Part shown: positions 58,998 through 64,000 of the stretch, one piece after another
How the letters are laid out: every line of letters begins with the position of its first letter
Position numbering within the stretch: position 1 is the first letter of the stretch
Assembly (NCBI GenBank): GCA_964016885.1
Contig: OZ024754.1
Coordinates: 15,376,001 to 15,440,000, forward strand
Source: Eledone cirrhosa
Taxonomy: Eukaryota
DNA length: 64,000 bases
Direction: 5' to 3'
Position numbers and translations under genes: made by a program
Notes under the pieces: generated by a model
The model's input: only the letters and a program-made list of their open reading frames with translations
What the model was told of the DNA's origin: nothing
The model's database searches: none

Positions 58998-59099
58998 ACC
59001 CCGACAGCTGAGCTCAAGCCGTTTCGACGGCTAATTCTGTAATTCTGGACTAAATGAAAATTTATCCTGGTATTTAAATAGCCGATCTTCTCAAGGGGT
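58998..59099 (-). ncRNA. Hammerhead ribozyme with U3:A8 variant core (family H)
   Basis: ACCCC-TTGAGAA-GAtCGGCTA...TAGCCGTC-GAAA-CGGCT..AGCTG-TC^-GGGGT. Confidence 0.7.
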
Positions 59100-60206
59100 A
59101 ATTCCATATATGGTCAAAGTGATTGTCAAAAATCAGTAGTAATTCTGTGGTTGCAAATTAGTAGGGGAGATGGTGGCTAAACCTGCCAGTAGGAGAAAGA
59201 GGGGAGGGGGTGGAGTAGACCCAATCAAGCGTTGGTAGTGCCAGCTACAGCTGGGCATGAGGTCAAAGAAGATACAGGGGAGGGGGAGGGGGAGGAAGTC
59301 GGAACGGTAGGTAGAACAATGGGGGGTAGAAATATATAGGAAAGAAAAAATACTGAGAGTGAAGAAAAGCAAATAAGTGTAAAGAAAAAAGTAAAGTAAA
59401 TTAAATTCTACGACCTAGGTCTCAGGCTATTGTTAGGCTAGAATAAAATAAAGAAAGAAAGAAAGAAGTAAAGAAATAAATAAATAAAGAAATAACGAAA
59501 TAAGTAAAAGAACTAGGTGGGACGGATAAGGCAAGGACCCTTTTAAGAGGTATAAGTACGTAAATGATACGGTGACGGGTCAACAAAAGGGGCCAAAATA
59601 CTAAAGAGACTTCCACGAAATAAACAATAAAGGTTTCCATCCCGGGCCAGCAACGACCCAGTGCAGCAAAGTGAACTTGTACGAGATAATAATTCTGAGT
59701 CCCGAGAAAAATATATACTAATGCTAACTCTAAAAGATCTAAAACAAGCTACATGAAAGTTCGTACGAAATAAAGGTAGAATACGGAGAAATAAATTCAG
59801 AATCCACCCCGCCCAGAAGAAAAGCGAAGCAAGAAATACTGAAACGACAAAATAAGGCATAAGTGCCACTAAGAAATATAGAGGGCACAGAGAATAGTGG
59901 GAGCGGTCGGAAAAAGGGGGCAAGTATCCGGGGTCTAAGCCAACTGCTATAAAGGGCGGAGTCCGCCAAATCTATAATAGACTAGGGGAGGGGGTGGTGG
60001 GGGTACTAAGGCTACATGGGGCCAAAGGGCAGCCTCGGGTGGGCGAGAAAAGACGCCGACAAAGGAGAAGAGCTGGGGTAGAAGGACTAAGGAGAGAGGG
60101 GGGAAGGAAATAAAGGAAGCGATAAAAGAATACAAAGAAGATCTTACGTCTTCCTTGGCAAGCAGGGGTTACCCATTGCAAAATCGGCAAGTGGGGTGTT
60201 ATAGCC

Positions 60207-61575
60207 CTAGTCTACCCCCCCCCCCCCCGGGTCATTATGGGGTTTGAGGGCGAGGTAAGTCCTACGCAATCTATGTTTACATGCAGTGACCAGTTCATCT
60301 TTCTTGTTTAGGAGTTGGTCCGTCGAAAACAGCATTTGTAAAGTTTCCTCCGAGCATAAATTGCACGGACGGCGTCCTCCCGTGTAAGAATTGGCTCTGG
60401 ACAGTAATCTCCAAGTGAGATCATAGGTGATGTTGTTGTCCTTGAGGTCCCATATGTGGCCCGAAAGTGTAGTGGCGTGACGCCGGGCCGGGTTTCGGAA
60501 GGTATGTCTATGTTGGTATAGCCGGGTCTTGAAGTCACATGCGGTAAGTCCTATATAGGCTTTGTTGGAGGTATCCGTCCTCACGTTGCACTGGTAGATC
60601 ACATTACGGTCTCTGCATCTATTGTCGAGTGGGCAAATAGATCTATCCGGGCAGTTACACCTCCTGGTCGGTTCTCCACTGCTATTTAGGTTATTTCTGC
60701 CATCGGGGTTGAGTTTTTTGTTGTTAGAGGAGACGATGTTTTGTGCGAAGTTTGGTGTAGTGCTGTAAGAGAGTTTGATGGTATTTTTGTTAATTATGTT
60801 GTGGTAGCGGTGTTGTAATGGGAAGTGTTTTTCAATGAGCCTAAAGAATAGTTTCCCGATGGGAGTTATCACCTCTGCGTTGTGGGGAGGATTGAACCAT
60901 GTTACATTGCGTGAGCGGCGGTGTCTCCTGCTGGTTCCGCTAATGGGAGCTGGACAGTAGGATATTTCCTCCCGGAAACCACTCCGCTTGAGGGCCTGGT
61001 TGTAATAAGGCGCATGTTCATCGAATATCCGCTCATTAGCTGACAAACGGGATATGCGGAGGGAGATGTTTTTGACCAGGTTGTTTGTGATGTTCCTAGG
61101 ATGGTTTGATCGGCGGTGGATGTAGTGCAGATTGTCATTAGGTTTCCTGTATGGGTAGTACAGGTCGTTTTCGAGGTCGAGGGTCACGTCCAGGAAGTTT
61201 ACTCGGGTCAGGGACGTTTGTAGGGTTATTTTAAATCCCCAGTCGCGGAAGAATCTGATTAATTGTTTCCGGACCCGATCTGTACTACTGGGGTTGTACC
61301 CTTTAAGGGTAAGGAGCCCGTCATCACGGTGCAATCCACCACCGAATGCAGGAAACATATCAGTGAGTTTGGCTATTAGGAATAATCCTATAAGATCTGT
61401 GACCTCCGCCGAATCAGTGGCGCCCATGTTGACGTCGAAGGGTGAGTCGGGAGCTCTTTTTATCCATTTAGAGTCGTCAAAGAGTAAGACTGTCTTCCTG
61501 GCGTGGAGGATGATTTTTCTTTCCTGGTCGGTGATGGGCACAAGTGTTTCGGCGAAGTCGAATATAATTGGAAAA
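60207..61575 (-). CDS. PLE reverse transcriptase and GIY-YIG endonuclease (5'-truncated; YRDD>HRDD)
   Basis: FDVNMGATDSAEVTDLIG, LHRDDG, YYPYRKPN, WFNPP, CNC..CPL..C, YIGLT, CNLC, CKH. Confidence 0.92.
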
Positions 61576-62747
61576 CCTGTCAAAAACTGTAACAATACGC
61601 TTATATGTACGTTTTTAAGGTTCTTACAGTTTCAGGTGGTAATCTTTCATCGGAAGTAGATACAGAGAGATAACGTTCCGAAGAGGGAAGTAAAGGAAGC
61701 ACAAACTAGAAGAAAAAAAAGGAAAACTAAGAAAATTTGAGAAAAAAAAACGCCTAGTTGCTTGTTAGCCATCTTAGAAAATGACTATCTGTGTGTCTGT
61801 GTATGCATGAGTGTGTGTGTTTGTGCGTGCGTGTCAGTGTCTGTGTATGTATGTGTTTGTGCGCGTCTGGGTGTGTCTACGTTTGTCTGTGTCTATGTGT
61901 GTCTGTGCATGTGCGTGTGCATGTATGACTATATTTTAGTTAATTCTCTAAAAAATAAAACAAAAACTAACTCTTAAGACATACATGAAATAATTGCAGG
62001 AACTCTGTTTATCACCGAATAAATTGGTAACATTCAAATTCGTTGTCATTAAAATATTCCAAAACGATGGAAATGATAATTGTTTTCTACAAATATTTGA
62101 CAATATACAGATTAAGTTGAGACTGGAGTGAAAAATCAGAGAAAACGAAACTAGTCACAAACCTTTGCAGATATTATAGAAATTATAGAAATTGATATGC
62201 ATGCAGTCACACCACGTAGTATTAATTAAAATGTTATAATCATAGATAATTAACTAGATAATTATAATGCTTTAGATGTCGAAACATCAAAGATGTCAGA
62301 GAATACAGTGTTTTAAATTCAATTAAACATCCCATACCTTCATAAGAATGTTGGTTCTATGTTCGGAAAGATCAGACAGGTTAATGGCAGTTATAATCTG
62401 GCACTTCTTCGTTTGGAAAATTATTATCCGTAAGTCGAGCACGCAAATTCTTCACTGAATTTAATGTTGACAAAAATTGTTCCGTAAAAGAAAATAGTGA
62501 TACAAATTTCAATATGGCGGTCCTTACTAGTGAATGTTTTTCAGTATCACCATAGCATTTTAAATATCCCTAAATAGGTAATCCATTAAAATCAGGATAT
62601 CAGAGTATCAATCGATTGTAAATGAATTAACTCGAATTGCAAGGTATTCTGGGGCTTCAAATATTCGTTATTTGAGCTCATCATTTTCTGAATCTTGAAG
62701 CTTCTCTTGAAGTTAATCCAAAAGTTTGAAACACGGTGTATAATATA

Positions 62748-62995
62748 CAGGGTGTCGAAAAAGTCACTAAACAATTATATATATATATATATATATAAAA
62801 TCTTTACCTGGGTCCTGTATTTTCGTTGCTCTAGTGATGCGGTCGGACTGCCGACTGCTATATCTAATTTGCTAAGCTGCCTGAACATAATGTTATACTC
62901 TGGGGTCTTACCTCATCTGAGTGCTAAAGTACAAACCGAATAAGCATACACGCTAGCTTGGCCGTATACTAGAGCTTCGTCTATGCTGTACTAAA

Positions 62996-63039
<44 letters not shown>

Positions 63040-63065
63040 GGTCTAGTGACTTTTGGGATACTCTG
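62748..63065. mobile_element. Tc1/mariner-type MITE
   Basis: Imperfect ~29-bp TIRs CAGGGTGTCGAAAAAGTCACTAAACAATT / CAGAGTATCCCAAAAGTCACTAGACCATT, each flanked by TA. Confidence 0.7.
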
Positions 63066-63174
63066 TATATTCTTTTAAACTTAACACATCAAAACACAGA
63101 CACCCGATGTAATGGTGCCGCTATAACAAAGCATGTTATGGGCATTTAAAACTGGTGGAACTCAGCCCTCTCTA

Positions 63175-63450
63175 GGTTTCATGGCAGCGGGTTTCTTCCA
63201 GATAGAGTGAGTGGGAAGAGAAAACAAACGAGAAGAAGAAAGAGATATATTGAACTATAACTGTACTTTACTTCAAAGAGCCAGCTTTTTCTACACATTA
63301 TATCATGCAGAATTTCCCTGAGCACTATGTTAAACGTACACGTATCTGTGAAATGCTCAGCCACTTGCACGTAAATTTCACGAACTGATTATTCGGTTGT
63401 TCGAACAACTGGAACACTGGTCGTCCGAAACGACGGAGATCCCATAGGTT
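63175..63450 (+). mobile_element. SINE-like fragment
   Basis: GCTCAGCCACTTGCACG...GGAACACTGGTCGTCCGAAACGACGGAG recalls cephalopod SINE 3' domains; recognised from memory and single-copy here. Confidence 0.4.
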
Positions 63451-63654
63451 TTGCCCGACTTCGAATGCTGGTGCTCATACTATAGTTACTTACGTGCATT
63501 GCCAACTTATACTAACTACTCTAGTAAATCTTGTTTGTAATTAAGTGTTACAAATTCAATACAAGACAATTTTAGTAACTAGAAATTCAATTTATACTTT
63601 AACAAGTCTAATCAAAATATATATGTGTGTATATGTATGTATATATATATATAT

Positions 63655-64000
63655 ATTGTTATACTTTGGGAGGGTCATGTTGCCAATAAGAAACACACGC
63701 ACCAGTTGCTTTCACTTCAATTTATTATTATAATAAATTTATAATAAATTTATAAATTTATAAATTTCTGGTTGGTTGGTTGGTTGCTTCCACAACCAGA
63801 TAGTTGTTTATATATTGTCATAGTTCTTTCGTCACACACTCTGTGACCTCTTCAGTGACTGGGGATTCCTTTCTTTGTTTCTGTGCCTCTCCTTTGTTCT
63901 GTCCTACGCCATTTTGTTTCTTATTGGCAACATGACCCTCCCAAAGTATAACAATATCGGTTTCAACACACGATTTCAGATAAAGAATCTTGCTAAACAA
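63655..64000. mobile_element. Family V inverted pair (runs off the window)
   Basis: 63655-63694 inverted to 63916-63957; matches 40221-40493. Confidence 0.7.

Larger units (their letters stand above)
58905..61575 (-). mobile_element. 5'-truncated Naiad-type PLE (family H)
   Basis: RT/GIY-YIG ORF, 1.3 kb 3' UTR, variant HHR and tail abutting (TA)n. Confidence 0.92.

Noticed and set aside
63655-63670. Family V 5' ends defined by ribozyme cleavage
   Set aside because: The copies include ATTGTT upstream of the predicted site, so TA microhomology explains the ends better.

Overview
AT-rich, microsatellite-saturated eukaryotic DNA with no recognisable host gene. The SINE content suggests an octopod cephalopod, which is an inference. 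The (YI)n, (CV)n and poly-D ORFs are translations of (TA)n, (CA)n and (GAT)n. The window is dominated by Penelope-like elements (PLEs) inserted into (TA)n. Five 5'-truncated RT/GIY-YIG copies and one 3'-truncated copy have Naiad-type motifs, and there is one smaller GIY-YIG copy of another type. About 15 short fold-back (inverted pseudo-LTR) insertions from more than 10 families are present, most carrying a type I hammerhead ribozyme (HHR). The strongest candidate novelty is a 3' tail hairpin (RNTC-stem-loop-2 nt bulge-GANY) shared, with compensatory base changes, by families that are otherwise unalignable. It lies just 3' of an internal TATA-like tract where the shorter arms end and join genomic (TA)n, which suggests a telomerase-like template plus boundary element. 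Also present are two RTE LINE fragments, a Tx1/L1 3' end, an R4/Dong-like 3' end in (CATA)n, tRNA-SINEs, a 29-bp minisatellite born inside a SINE, a Tc1/mariner MITE and a 200-N gap. All structures were read by eye, and element boundaries are approximate.
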